Part shown: positions 12,001-27,000 of the stretch, in pieces | How positions within the stretch are numbered: the stretch's first letter is position 1 | How the letters are laid out: every line of letters starts with the position of its first letter | Origin: Eledone cirrhosa | Lineage: Eukaryota | Assembly: GCA_964016885.1 (NCBI GenBank) | Contig: OZ024744.1 | Location: 27,342,001-27,406,000, forward strand | DNA: 64,000 bases | Reading direction: 5' to 3' | Program-made: the position numbers and the translations under genes | The notes under the pieces: model-generated | Seen by the model: the letters and a program-made list of their open reading frames with translations, nothing else | Database searches by the model: none | What the model was told of the DNA's origin: nothing

Positions 12001-15000
12001 TCTCCACTGCTACGGCTAGGCATCTCAGTGCATGTGGTGGTAAGAAGGGAGGTAACCTTAGGGCCAGGGACACCAGAAATCTCCACTGTTACGGCTAGGC
12101 ATGTCAGTGCATGTGGTGGTAAGAAGGGAGGTAACCTTAGGGCCAGGGTCACCAGACGTGTCCTCTGGTACGGCTAGGCATCTCAGTGCATGTGGTGGTA
12201 AGAAGGGAGGTAACCTTAGGGCCAGGGACACCAGAAGTCTCCAGTGTTACGGCTAGGCATCTCAGTGCATGTGGTGGTAAGAAGGGAGGTAACCTTAGGG
12301 CCAAGGAGACCAGAAGTATCCACAGCTACGGCTAGGCATCTCAGTGCATGTGGTGGTAAGAAGGGAGGTAACCTTAGGGCCAAGGACACCAGAAGACTCC
12401 ACTGTTACGGCTAGGCATCTCAGTGCATGTGGTAGTAAGAAGGGAGGTAACCTTAGGGCCAGGGACACCAGAAGTCTCCACTGCTACGGCTAGGCATCTC
12501 AGTGCATGTGGTGGTAAGAAGGGAGGTAAACTTAGGGCCAGGGACACCAGAAGTCTCCACTGTTACGGCTAGGCATGTCAGTGCATGTGGTGGTAAGAAG
12601 GGAGGGAACCTTAGGGCCAGGGACACCAGAAGTCTCCACTGTTACGGCTAGGCATCTCAGTGCATCTGGTGGTAAGAAGGGAAAGAATATTAGGGCCAGG
12701 CACACCAGAAGTCTCCACTGCAACGGCTAGGCATCTCAGTGCATGTGGTGGTAAGAAAGGAGGTAACCTTAGGGCCAGGGACACCAGAAGTCTACACTGT
12801 TACGGCTTGGCATGTCAGTGCATGTGGTGGTAAGGAGGGAGGTAACCTTAGGGCCAAGGATACCAGAAGTCTCCACTGTTACGGCTAGGCATCTCAGTAC
12901 ATTTGGTGGTAAGAAGTGAGGTAACCTTACGGCCAGGGACACCAGAAATCTCCACTGTTACGGCTAGGCATGTCAGTGCATGTGGTGGTAAGGAGGGAGG
13001 TAACCTTAGGGCCAGGGACACCAGAAGTCTCCACTGTTACGGCTAGGCATGTCAGTGCATGTGGTGGTAAGAAGGGAAGTAACCTTAGGGCCAGGGACAC
13101 CAGAAGTGTCCACTGCTACGGCTAGGCATCTCAGTACATGTGGTGGTAAGAAGGGGGGTAACCTTAAGGCCAGGGACACCAGAAGTCTCCAGTGTTACGG
13201 CTAGGCATCTCAGTGCATGTGGTGGTAAGAAGGGAGGTAACCTTAGGGCCACGGAGACCAGAAGTCTCCACAGCTACGGCTAGGCATCTCAGTGCATGTG
13301 GTGGTAAGAAGGGAGGTAACCTTAGGGCCAAGGACACCAGAAGTCTCCACTGCTACGGCTAGGCATCTCAGTGCATGTGGTGGTAAGAAGGGAAGGAACC
13401 TTAGGGCCAGGGACACCAGAAGTCTCCACTGTTACGGCTAGGCATCTCAGTGCATGTGGTGGTAAGAAGGGAGGTAAACTTAGGGCCAGGGACACCAGAA
13501 GTCTCCACTGTTACGGCTAGGCATGTCAGTGCATGTGGTGGTAAGAAGGGAGGTAACCTTAGGTCCAAGGACACCAGAAGTCTCCACTGTTACGGCTAGG
13601 CATCTCAGTGCATGTGGTGGTAAGAAGGGAGGTAACCTTAGGGCCAGGCACACCAGAAGTCTCCACTGCTACGGCTAGGCATCTCAGTGCATGTGGTGGT
13701 AAGAAAGGAGGTAACCTTAGGGCCAGGGACACCAGAAGTCTCCACTGTTACGGCTTGGCATGTCAGTGCATGTGGTGGTAAGGAGGGAGGTAACCTTAGG
13801 ACCAAGGATACCAGAAGTCTCCACTGTTACGGCTAGGCATCTCAGTGCATTTGGTGGTAAGAAGGGAGGTAACCCTAGGGCCAGGGACACTAGAAGTCCC
13901 CACTGTTACGGCTAGGCATCTCACTTCATGTGGTGGTAAGAAGTGAGGTAACCTTAGGGCCAGGGACACCAGAAGACTCCACTGTTACGGCTAGGCATCT
14001 CAGTGCATGTGGTGGTAAAGAGGGAGGTAACCTTAGGGCCAGGGACACCAGACGTCTCCACTGCTACGGCTAGGCATCTCAGTGCATGTGGTGGTAAGAA
14101 GGGACGTAACCTTAGGGCCAGGGACACCAGAAGTCTTCACTGCTACGGCTAGACATCTCAGTGCATGTTGTGGTAAGGAGGAAGGTAAACTTAGGGCCAG
14201 GGACACCAGAAGTCTCCACTGTTACGGCTAGGCATGTCTGTGCATGTGGTGGTAAGAAGGGAGGTAACCTTAGGTCCAAGGACACCAGAAATCTCCACTG
14301 TTACGGCTAGGCATCTCAGTGCATGTGGTGGTAAGAAGGGAGGTAACCTTAGGGCCAGGGACACCAGAAGACTCCACTGCTACGGCTAGGCATCTCAGTG
14401 CATGTGGTGGTAAGAAGGGAGGTAACCTTAGGGCCAAGGACACCAGAAGTCTCCACTGTTACGGCTAGGCATGTCAGTGCATGTGGTGGTAAGAAGGGAG
14501 GAAACCTTAGGGCCAGAGACACCAGAAGTCTCCACTATTACGGCTAGGCATCTCAGTGCATGTGGTGGTAAGAAGGGAGGGAACCTTAGGGCCAGGCACA
14601 CCAGAAGTCTCCACTGCTACGGCTAGGCATCTCAGTGCATGTGGTGGTAAGAAAGGAGGTAACCTTAGGGCCAGGAACACCAGAAGTCTCCACTGTTACG
14701 GCTAGGCATCTCACTTCATGTGGTGGTAAGAAGGGAGGTAACCTTAGGGCCAGGGACACCAGAAGTCTCCACTATTACGGCTAGGCATGTCAGTGCATGT
14801 GGTGGTAAGAAGGGAGGTAACCTTAGGTCCAAGGACACCAGAAGTCTCCACTGTTACGGCTAGGCATCTCAGTGCATGTGGTAGTAAGGAGGGAGGTAAC
14901 CTTAGGGCCAGGGACACCAGAAGACTCCACTGCTACGGCTAGGCATCTCAGTGCATGTGGTGGTAAGAAGGGAGGTAACCTTATGGCCAGGGACAGCAGA

Positions 15001-18000
15001 AGTCTCCACTGCTACGGCTAGGCATCTCAGTGAATGTGGTGGTAAAAAGGGAGGTAACCTTAGGGCCAGGGACACCAGAAGTCTACACTGTTACGGCTAG
15101 GCATATCAGTGCATGTGGTGGTAAGAAGGGAGGTAGTCTTAGGGCCAGGGACACCAGAAGTCTCCAGTGTTACGGCTAGGCATCTCAGTGCATGTGGTGG
15201 TAAGAAGGGAGGTAACCTTAGGGCCAAGGAGACCAGAAGTCTCCACAGCTACGGCTAGGCATCTCAGTGCTTGTGGTGATAAGAAGGGAGGTAACCTTAG
15301 GGCCAGGGACACCAGAAGGCACCACTGTTACGGCTAGGCATGTCAGTGCATGTGGTGGTAAGAAGGGAGGTAACCTTAGGGCCAGGGTCACCAGAAGTGT
15401 CCACTGCTACGGCTAGGCATCTCAGTGCATGTGGTGGTAAGAAGGGAGGTAACCTTAGGGCCAGGGACACCAGAAGTCTCCAGTGTTACGGCTAGGCATC
15501 TCAGTGCATGTGGTGGTAAGAAGGGAGGTAACCTTAGGGCCAAGGAGACCAGAAGTCTCCACAGCTACGGCTAGGCATCTCAGTGCATGTGGTGGTAAGA
15601 AGGGAGGTAACCTTAGGGCCAAGGACACCAGAAGACTCCACTGTTACGGCTAGGCATCTCAGTGCATGTGGTGGTAAGAAGGGAGGTAACCTTAGGGCCA
15701 GGGTCACCAGACGTCTCCACTGCTACGGCTAGGCATCTCAGTGCATGTGGTAGTAAGAAGGGAGGTAACCTTAGGGCCAGGGACACCAGAAGTCTCCACT
15801 GCTACGGCTAGGCATCTCAGTGCATGTGGTGGTAAGAAGGGAGGTAAACTTAGGGCCAGGGACACCAGAAGTCTCCACTGTTACGGTTAGGCATGTCAGT
15901 GCATGTGGTGGTAAGAAGGGAGGTAACCTTAGGTCCAAGGACACCAGAAGTCTCCACTGTTACGGCTAGGCATCTCAGTGCATGTGGTGGTAAGGAGGCA
16001 GGTAACCTTAGGGCCAGGGACACCAGAAGACTCCACTGATACGGCTAGGCATCTCAGTGCATGTGGTGGTAAGAAAGGAGGTAACCTTAGGGCCAGGGAC
16101 ACCAGAAGTCTACACTGTTACGGCTTGGCATGTCAGTGCATGTGGTGGTAAGAAGGGGGGTAACCTTACGGCCAGGGACACCAGAAATCTCCAGTGTTAC
16201 GGCTAGGCATCTCAGTGCATGTGGTGGTAAGAAGGGAGGTAACCTTAGGGCCAAGGAGACCAGAAGTCTCCACAGCTACGGCTAGGCATCTCAGTGCATG
16301 TGGTGGTAAGAAGGGAGGTAACCTTAGGGCCAAGGACACCAGAAGTCTCCACTGCTACGGCTAGGCATCTCAGTGCATGTGGTGGTAAGAAGGGAAGGAA
16401 CCTTAGGGCCAGGGACACCAGAAGTCTCCACTGTTACGGCTAGGCATCTCAGTGCATGTGGTGGTAAGAAGGGAGGTAACCTTAGGGCCAAGGACACCAG
16501 AAGTCTCCACAGTTACGGCTAGGCATGTCAGTGCATGTGGTGGTAAGAAGGGAGGGAACCTTAGGGCCAGAGACACCAGAAGTCTCCACTGTTACGGCTA
16601 GGCATCTCAGTGCATGTGGTGGTAAGAAGGGAGGGAACCTTAGGGCCAGGCACACCAGAAGTCTCCACTGCTACGGCTAGGCATCTCAGTGCATGTGGTG
16701 GTAAGAAAGGAGGTAACCTTAGGGCCAGGAACACCAGAAGTCTCCACTGTTACGGCTTGGCATGTCAGTGCATGTGGTGGTAAGGAGGGAGGTAACCTTA
16801 GGGCCAAGGATACCAGAAGTCTCCACTGTTACGGCTAGGCATCTCAGTGCATTTGGTGGTAAGAAGGGAGGTAACCTTAGGGCCAGGGACACCAGAAGTC
16901 TCCACTGTTACGGCTAGGCATCTCACTTCATGTGGTGGTAAGAAGGGAGGTAACCTTAGGGCCAGGGTCACCAGAAGTGTCCACTGCTACGGCTAGTCAT
17001 CTCAGTGCATGTGGTGGTAAGAAGGGAGGTAACCTTAGGGCCAGGGACACCAGAAGACTCCAGTGTTACGGCTAGGCATCTCAGTGCATGTGGTGGTAAG
17101 AAGGGAGGTAACCTTAGGGCCAAGGAGACCAGAAGTCTCCACAGCTACGGCTAGGCATCTCAGTGCATGTGGTGGTAAGAAGGGGGGTAACCTTAGGGCC
17201 AAGGACACCAGAAGACTCCACTGTTACGGCTAGGCATCTCAGTGCATGTGGTGGTAAGAAGGGAGGTAACCTTAGGGCCAGGGACACCAGACGTCTCCAC
17301 TGCTACGGCTAGGCATCTCAGTGCATGTGGTAGTAAGAAGGGAGGTAACCTTAGGGCCAGGGACACCAGAAGTCTCCACTGCTACGGCTAGGCATCTCAG
17401 TGCATGTGGTGGTAAGAAGGGAGGTAAACTTAGGGCCAGGGACACCAGAAGTCTCCACTGTTACGGCTAGGCATGTCAGTGCATGTGGTGGTAAGAAGGG
17501 AGGTAACCTTAGGTCCAAGGACACCAGAAGTCTCCACTCTTACGGCTAGGCATCTCAGTGCATGTGGTGGTAAGGAGGGAGGTAACCTTAGGGCCAGGGG
17601 CACCAGAAGACTCCACTGCTACGGCTAGGCATCTCAGTGCATGTGGTGGTAAGAAGGGAGGTAACCTTAGGGCCAAGGACACCAGAAGTCTCCACTGTTA
17701 CGGCTAGGCATCTCAGTGCATGTGGTGGTAAGAAGGGAGGTAACCTTAGGGTCAAGGACACCAGAAGTCTCCACTGCTACGGCTAGGCATCTCAGTGCAT
17801 GTGGTGGTAAGAAGGCAGGTAACCTTAGGGCCAGGGACAGCAGAAGTCTCCACTGCTACGGCTAGGCATCTCAGTGCATGTGGTGGTAAAAAGGGAGGTA
17901 ACCTTAGGGCCAGGGACACCAGAAGTCTACACTGTTACGGCTAGGCATATCAGTGCATGTGGTGGTAAGAAGGGAGGTAATAATAGGGCCAGGGACACCA

Positions 18001-21000
18001 GAAGTCTCCAGTGTTACGGCTAGGCATCTCAGTGCATGTGGTGGTAAGAAGGGAGGTAACATTAGGGCCAAGCAGACCAGAAGTCTCCACAGCTACGGCT
18101 AGGCATCTCAGTGCATGTGGTGGTAAGAAGGGAGGTAACCTTAGGGCCAAGGACACCAGACGTCTCCACTGCTACGGCTAGGCATCTCAGTGCATGTGGT
18201 AGTAAGAAGGGAGGTAACCTTAGGGCCAGGGACACCAGAAGTCTCCACTGCTACGGCTAGGCATCTCAGTGCATGTGGTGGTAAGAAGGGAGGTAAACTT
18301 AGGGCCAGGGACACCAGAAGTCTCCACTGTTACGGCTAGGCATGTCAGTGCATGTGGTGGTAAGAAGGGAGGTAACCTTAGGTCCAAGGACACCAGAAGT
18401 CTCCACTGTTACGGCTAGGCATCTCAGTGCATGTGGTGGTAAGGAGGGAGGTAACCTTAGGGCCAGGGACACCAGAAGACTCCACTGATACGGCTAGGCA
18501 TCTCAGTGCATGTGGTGGTAAGAAAGGAGGTAACCTTAGGGCCAGGGACACCAGAAGTCTACACTGTTACGGCTTGGCATGTCAGTGCATGTGGTGGTAA
18601 GAAGGGGGGTAACCTTAAGGCCAGGGACACCAGAAATCTCCAGTGTTACGGCTAGGCATCTCAGTGCATGTGGTGGTAAGAAGGGAGGTAACCTTAGGGC
18701 CAAGGAGACCAGAACTCTCCACAGCTACGGCTAGGCATCTCAGTGCATGTGGTGGTAAGAAGGGAGGTAACCTTAGGGCCAAGGACACCAGAAGTCTCCA
18801 CTGCTACGGCTAGGCATCTCAGTGCATGTGGTGGTAAGAAGGGAAGGAACCTTAGGGCCAGGGACACCAGAAGTCTCCACTGTTACGGCTAGGCATCTCA
18901 GTGCATGTGGTGGTAAGAAGGGAGGTAACCTTAGGGCCAAGGACACCAGAAGTCTCCACAGTTACGGCTAGGCATGTCAGTGCATGTGGTTGTAAGAAGG
19001 GAGGGAACCTTAGGGCCAGAGACACCAGAAGTCTCCACTGTTACGGCTAGGCATCTCAGTGCATGTGGTGGTAAGAAGGGAGGGAACCTTAGGGCCAGGC
19101 ACACCAGAAGTCTCCACTGCTACGGCTAGGCATCTCAGTGCATGTGGTGGTAAGAAAGGAGGTAACCTTAGGGCCAGGAACACCAGAAGTCTCCACTGTT
19201 ACGGCTTGGCATGTCAGTGCATGTGGTGGTAAGGAGGGAGGTAACCTTAGGGCCAAGGATACCAGAAGTCTCCACTGTTACGGCTAGGCATCTCAGTGCA
19301 TTTGGTGGTAAGAAGGGAGGTAACCTTAGGGCCAGGGACACCAGAAGTCTCCACTGTTACGGCTAGGCATCTCACTTCATGTGGTGGTAAGAAGGGAGGT
19401 AACCTTAGGGCCAGGGTCACCAGAAGTGTCCACTGCTACGGCTAGTCATCTCAGTGCATGTGGTGGTAAGAAGGGAGGTAACCTTAGGGCCAGGGACACC
19501 AGAAGATTCCAGTGTTACGGCTAGGCATCTCAGTGCATGTGGTGGTAAGAAGGGAGGTAACCTTAGGGCCAAGGAGACCAGAAGTCTCCACAGCTACGGC
19601 TAGGCATCTCAGTGCATGTGGTGGTAAGAAGGGGGGTAACCTTAGGGCCAAGGACACCAGAAGACTCCACTGTTACGGCTAGGCATCTCAGTGCATGTGG
19701 TGGTAAGAAGGGAGGTAACCTTAGGGCCAGGGACACCAGACGTCTCCACTGCTACGGCTAGGCATCTCAGTGCATGTGGTAGTAAGAAGGGAGGTAACCT
19801 TAGGGCCAGGGACACCAGAAGTCTCCACTGCTACGGCTAGGCATCTCAGTGCATGTGGTGGTAAGAAGGGAGGTAAACTTAGGGCCAGGGACACCAGAAG
19901 TCTCCACTGTTACGGCTAGGCATGTCAGTGCATGTGGTGGTAAGAAGGGAGGTAACCTTAGGTCCAAGGACACCAGAAGTCTCCACTCTTACGGCTAGGC
20001 ATCTCAGTGCATGTGGTGGTAAGGAGGGAGGTAACCTTAGGGCCAGGGACACCAGAAGACTCCACTGCTACGGCTAGGCATCTCAGTGCATGTGGTGGTA
20101 AGAAGGGAGGTAACCTTAGGGCCAAGGACACCAGAAGTCTCCACTGTTACGGCTAGGCATCTCAGTGCATGTGGTGGTAAGAAGGGAGGTAACCTTAGGG
20201 TCAAGGACACCAGAAGTCTCCACTGCTACGGCTAGGCATCTCAGTGCATGTGGTGGTAAGAAGGCAGGTAACCTTAGGGCCAGGGACAGCAGAAGTCTCC
20301 ACTGCTACGGCTAGGCATCTCAGTGCATGTGGTGGTAAAATGGGAGGTAACCTTAGGGCCAGGGACACCAGAAGTCTACACTGTTACGGCTAGGCATATC
20401 AGTGCATGTGGTGGTAAGAAGGGAGGTAATAATAGGGCCAGGGACACCAGAAATCTCCAGTGTTACGGCTAGGCATCTCAGTGCATGTGGTGGTAAGAAG
20501 GGAGGTAACCTTAGGGCCAAGGAGACCAGAAGTCTCCACAGCTACGGCTAGGCATCTCAGTGCATGTGGTGATAAGAAGGGAGGTAACCTTAGGGCCAAG
20601 GACACCAAAAGTCTCCACTGCTACGGCTAGGCATCTCAGTGCATGTGGTGGTAAGAAGGGAGGTAACCTTAGGGCCAGGGACGCCAGAAGTCTCCACTGT
20701 TACGGCTAGGCATCTCACTTCATGTGGTGGTAAGAAGGGAGGTAACCTTAGGGCCAAGGACACCAGAAGTCTCCACTGCTACTGCTAGGCATCTCAGTGC
20801 ATGTGGTGGTAAGAAGGGAGGTAACCTTAGGGCCAGGGACACCAGAAGTCTCCACTGTTACGGCTAGGCATGTCAGTGCGTGTGGTGGTAAGAAGGGAGG
20901 TAACCTTAGGGCCAAGGACACCAGAAGACTCCACTGTTACGGCTAGGCATCTCAGTGCATGTGGTGGTAAGAAGGGAGGTAACCTTAGGGCCAGGGACAC

Positions 21001-24000
21001 CAGACGTCTCCACTGCTACGGCTAGGCATCTCAGTGCATGTGGTGGTAAGAAGGGAGGTAACCTTAGGTCCAGGGACACCAGAAGTCTCCACAGCTACGG
21101 CTAGGCATCTCAGTGCATGTGGTGGTAAGAAGGGAGGTAACCTTAGGGCCAAGGACACCAGAAGACTCCACTGTTACGGCTAGGCATCTCAGTGCATGTG
21201 GTGGTAAGAAGGGAGGTAACCTTAGGGCCAGGGACACCAGACGTCTCCACTGCTACGGCTAGGCATGTCAGTGCATGTGGTAGTAAGAAGGGAGGTAACC
21301 TTAGGGCAAGGGACACCAGAAGTTTCCACTGCTACGGCTAGGCATCTCAGTGCATGTGGTGGTAAGAGGGAGGTAACCTTAGGGTCAAGGACACCAGAAG
21401 TCTCCACTGCTACGGCTAGGCATCTCAGTGCATGTGGTGGTAAGAAGGCAGGTAACCTTAGGGCCAGGGACAGCAGAAGTCTCCACTGCTACGGCTAGGC
21501 ATCTCAGTGCATGTGGTGGTAAAATGGGAGGTAACCTTAGGGCCAGGGACACCAGAAGTCTACACTGTTACGGCTAGGCATATCAGTGCATGTGGTGGTA
21601 AGAAGGGAGGTAATAATAGGGCCAGGGACACCAGAAATCTCCAGTGTTACGGCTAGGCATCTCAGTGCATGTGGTGGTAAGAAGGGAGGTAACCTTAGGG
21701 CCAAGGAGACCAGAAGTCTCCACAGCTACGGCTAGGCATCTCAGTGCATGTGGTGATAAGAAGGGAGGTAACCTTAGGGCCAAGGACACCAAAAGTCTCC
21801 ACTGCTACGGCTAGGCATCTCAGTGCATGTGGTGGTAAGAAGGGAGGTAACCTTAGGGCCAGGGACGCCAGAAGTCTCCACTGTTACGGCTAGGCATCTC
21901 ACTTCATGTGGTGGTAAGAAGGGAGGTAACCTTAGGGCCAAGGACACCAGAAGTCTCCACTGCTACTGCTAGGCATCTCAGTGCATGTGGTGGTAAGAAG
22001 GGAGGTAACCTTAGGGCCAGGGACACCAGAAGTCTCCACTGTTACGGCTAGGCATGTCAGTGCGTGTGGTGGTAAGAAGGGAGGTAACCTTAGGGCCAAG
22101 GACACCAGAAGACTCCACTGTTACGGCTAGGCATCTCAGTGCATGTGGTGGTAAGAAGGGAGGTAACCTTAGGGCCAGGGACACCAGACGTCTCCACTGC
22201 TACGGCTAGGCATCTCAGTGCATGTGGTGGTAAGAAGGGAGGTAACCTTAGGTCCAGGGACACCAGAAGTCTCCACAGCTACGGCTAGGCATCTCAGTGC
22301 ATGTGGTGGTAAGAAGGGAGGTAACCTTAGGGCCAAGGACACCAGAAGACTCCACTGTTACGGCTAGGCATCTCAGTGCATGTGGTGGTAAGAAGGGAGG
22401 TAACCTTAGGGCCAGGGACACCAGACGTCTCCACTGCTACGGCTAGGCATGTCAGTGCATGTGGTAGTAAGAAGGGAGGTAACCTTAGGGCAAGGGACAC
22501 CAGAAGTTTCCACTGCTACGGCTAGGCATCTCAGTGCATGTGGTGGTAAGAAGGGAGGTAACCTTAGGTCCAAGGACACCAGAAGTCTCCACTGTTACGG
22601 CTAGGCATCTCAGTGCATGTGGTGGTAAGAAGGGAGGGAACATTAGGGCCAGGCACACCAGAAGTCTCCACTGCTACGGCTAGGCATCTCAGTGCATGTG
22701 GTGGTAAGAAAGGAGGTAACCTTAGGGCCAGGGACACCAGAAGTCTACACTGTTACGGCTTGGCATGTCAGTGCATGTGGTGGTAAGAAGGGAGGTAACC
22801 TTAGGGCCAAGGACACCAGAAGTCTCCACTGTTACGGCTAGGCATTTTAGTGCATGTGGTGGTAAGGAGGGAGGTAACCTTAGGGCCAGGGACACCAGAA
22901 GACTCCACTGCTACGGCTAGGCATCTCAGTGCATGTGGTGTTAAGGAGGGAGGTAACCTTAGGGCCAGGGACACCAGAAGTCTCCACTGCTACGGCTAGG
23001 CATCTCAGTGCATGTGGTGGTAAGGAGGGAGGTAACCTTAGGGCCAGGGACACCAGAAGACTCCACTGCTACGGCTAGGCATCTCAGTGCATGTGGTGGT
23101 AAGAAGGGAGGTAACCTTAGGGCCAAGGACACCAGAAGTCTCCACTGTTACGGCTAGGCATGTCAGTGCATATGGTGGTAAGAAGGGAGGGAACCTTAGG
23201 GCCAGGGACACCAGAAGTCTCCACTGTTACGGCTAGGCATCTCAGTGCATCTGGTGGTAAGAAGGGAGGGAACATTAGGGCCAGGCACACCAGAAGTCTC
23301 CACTGCTACGGCTAGGCATCTCAGTGCATGTGGTGGTAAGAAAGGAGGTAACCTTAGGGCCAGGGACACCAGAAGTCTACACTGTTACGGCTTGGCATGT
23401 CAGTGCATGTGGTGGTAAGGAGGGAGGTAAACTTAGGGCCAAGGATACCAGAAGTCTCCACTGTTACGGTTAGGCATCTCAGTGCATTTGGTGGTAAGAA
23501 GGGAGGTAACCTTAAGGCCAGGGACACCATAAGTCTCCACTCTTACGGCTAGGCATGTCAGTGCATGTGGTGGTAAGGAGGGAGGTAACCTTAGGGCCAG
23601 GGACACCAGAAGTCTCCACTGTTACGGCTAGGCATGTCAGTGCATGTGGTGGTAAGAAGGGAAGTAACCTTAGGGCCAGGGACACCAGAAGTGTCCACTG
23701 CTACGGCTAGGCATCTCAGTGCATGTGGTGGTAAGAAGGGGGGTAACCTTAAGGCCAGGGACACCAGAAGTCTCCAGTGTTACGGCTAGGCATCTCAGTG
23801 CATGTGGTGGTAAGAAGGGAAGTAACCTTAGGGCCAGGGACACCAGAAGTCTCCATTGTTACGGCTAGGCATCTCAGTGCATGTGGTGGTAAGAAGGGAG
23901 GGAACCTTAGGGCAGGGCACATCAGAAGTCTCCACAGCTACGGCTAGGCATCTCAGTGCATGTGTTGGTAAGAAAGGAGGTAACCTTAGGTTCAGGGACA

Positions 24001-27000
24001 CCACAAGTCTCCACTGTTACGGCTAGGCATCTCAGTGCATGTGGTGGTAAGAAGGGAGATAACCTTAGGGCCAGGGACACCAGAAGTCTCCACTGCTACG
24101 GCTAGGCATCTCAGTGCATGTGGTGGTAAGAAGGCTGGTAACCTTAGGTCCAGGGACACCAGAAGTCTCCACTGCTACGGCTCGGCATCTCAGTTCATGA
24201 GGTGGTAAGAAGGGAGGTAACCTTAGTGCCAAGGACACCAGAATTCTCCACTGCTACGGCTAGGCATCTCAGTGCATGTGGTGGTAAGAAGGGAGGTAAC
24301 CTTAGGGCCAAGGACACCAGAAGTCTCCACTGCTACGGCTAGGCATCTCAGTGCATGTGGTGGTAAGAAGGGAGGTAACCTTAGGGCCAAGGAGACCAGA
24401 AGTGTCCACAGCTACGGCTAGGCATCTCAGTGCATGTGGTGGTAAGAAGGGAGGTAAACTTAAGGCCAGGGACACCAGAAGTCTCCACTGTTACGGCTAG
24501 GCATGTCAGTGCATGTGGTGGTAAGGAGGGAGGTAACCTTAGGGCCAGGGACACCAGAAGTCTCCACTGTTACGGCTAGGCATGTCAGTGCATGTGGTGG
24601 TAAGAAGGGAGGTAACCTTAGGGCCAAGGACACCAAAAGTCTCCACTGCTACGGCTAGGCATCTCAGTGCATGTGGTTGTAAGAAGGGAGGTAACCTTAG
24701 GTCCAGGGACACCAGAAGACTCCACTGCTACGGCTAGGCATCTCAGTGCATGTGGTGGTAAGAAGGGAGGTAACCTAAGGGCCAGGGACACCAGAAGACT
24801 CCACTGTTACGGCTAGGCATCTCAGTGCATGTGGTGGTAAAGAGGGAGGTAACCTTAGGGCCAGGGACACCAGAAGTCTCCACTGCTACGGCTAGGCATC
24901 TCAGTGCATGTGGTGGTAAGAAGGGAGGTAACCTTAGGGCCAAGGAGACCAGAAGTGTCCACAGCTACGGCTAGGCATCTCAGTGCATGTGGTGGTAAGA
25001 AGGGAGGTAACCTTAAGGCCAGGGACACCAGAAGTCTCCAATGTTACGGCTAGGCATGTCAGTGCATGTGGTGGTAAGGAAGGAGGTAACCTTAGGGCCA
25101 GGGACACCAGAAGTCTCCACTGTTACGGCTAGGCATGTCAGTGCATGTGGTGGTAAGAAGGGCGGTAACCTTAGGGCCAGGGACACCAGAAGTGTCCACT
25201 GCTACGGCTAGGCATCTCAGTGCATGTGGTGGTAAGAAGGGAGGTAATCATAGGGCCAGGGACACCAGAAGACTCCACTGTTACGGCTAGGCATCTCAGT
25301 GCATGTGGTGGTAATGAGGGAGGTAACCTTAGGGCCAGGGACACCAGACGTCTCCACTGCTACGGCTAGGCATCTCAGTGCATGTGGTGGTAAGAAGGGA
25401 GGTAACCTTAGGGCCAGGGACACCAGAAGTCTCCACTGCTACGGCTAGGCATCTCAGTGCATGTGGTGGTAAGAAGGGAGGTAAACTTAGGGCCAGGGAC
25501 ACCAGAAGTTTCCACTGTTACGGCTAGGCATGTCAGTGCATGTGGTGGTAAGAAGTGAGGTAACCTTAGGTCCAAGGACACCAGAAGTCTCCACTGTTAC
25601 GGCTAGGCATCTCAGTGCATGTGGTGGTAAGAAGGGAGGTAATCTTAGGGCCAGGGACACCAGAAGTCTCCAGTGTTACGGCTAGGCATCTCAGTGCATG
25701 TGGTGGTAAGAAGGGAGGTAACCTTAGGGCCAAGGAGACCAGAAGTCTCCACAGCTACGGCTAGGCATCTCAGTGCATGTGGTGGTAAGAAGGGAGGTAA
25801 CCTTAGGGCCAAGGACACCAAAAGTCTCCACTGCTACGGCTAGGCATCTCAGTGCATGTGGTGGTAAGAAGGGAGGTAACCTTAGGGCCAGGGACACCAG
25901 AAGACTCCACTGTTACGGCTAGGCATCTCAGTGCATGTGGTGGTAAAGAGGGAGGTAACCTTAGGGCCAGGGACACCAGAAGTCTCCACTGCTACGGCTA
26001 GGCATCTCAGTGCATGTGGTGGTAAGAAGGGAGGTAAACCTAGGGCCAGGGACACAAGAAGTTTCCACTGTTACGGCTAGGCATGTCAGTGCATGTGGTG
26101 GTAAGAAGGGAGGTAACCTTAGGTCCAAGGATACCAGAAGTCTCCACTGTTACGGCTAGGCATCTCAGTGCATGTGGTGGTAAGGAGGGAGGTAACCTTA
26201 GGGCCAGGGACACCGGAAGACTCCACTACTACGGCTAGGCATCTCAGTGCATGTGGTGGTAAGAAAGGAGGTATCCTTAGGGCCAGGGACACCAGAAGTC
26301 TCCACTATTACGGCTTGGCATGTCCGTGCATGTGGTGGTAAGGAGGGAGGTAACCTTAGGGCCAGGGATACCAGAAGTCTCCACTGTTACGGCTAGGCAT
26401 CTCAGTGCATTTGGTGGTAAGAATGGAGGTAACCTTAAGGCCAGGGACACCGAAGTCTCCACTGTTACGGCTAGGCATGTCAGTGCATGTGGTGGTAATG
26501 AGGGAGGTAACCTTAGGGCCAGGGACACCAGAAGTCTCCACTGTTACGGCTAGGCATGTCAGTGCATGTGGTGGTAAGAAGCGAGGTAACCTTAGGGCCA
26601 GGGACACCAGAAGTGTCCACTGCTACGGCTAGGCATCTCAGTGCATGTGGTGGTAAGAAAGGAGGTAACCTTAGGGCCAGGGACACCAGAAGTCTCCACT
26701 GTTAAGGCTTGGCATCTCAGTGCATGTGGTGGTAAGAAGGGAGGTAACCTTAAGGCCAGGGACACCAGAAGTCTCCAGTGTTACGGCTAGGCATCTCAGT
26801 GCATGTGGTGGTAAGAAGGGAGGTAACCTTAGGGCCAAGGAGATCACAAGTCTCCACAGCTACGGCTAGGCATCTCAGTGCATGTGGTGGTAAGAAGGGA
26901 GGTAACCTTAGGGACAGGGACACCAGAATTCTCCACTGCTACGGCTAGGCATCTCAGTGCATGTGGTGGTAAGAAGGGAGGGAACCTTAGGGCCAGGGAC

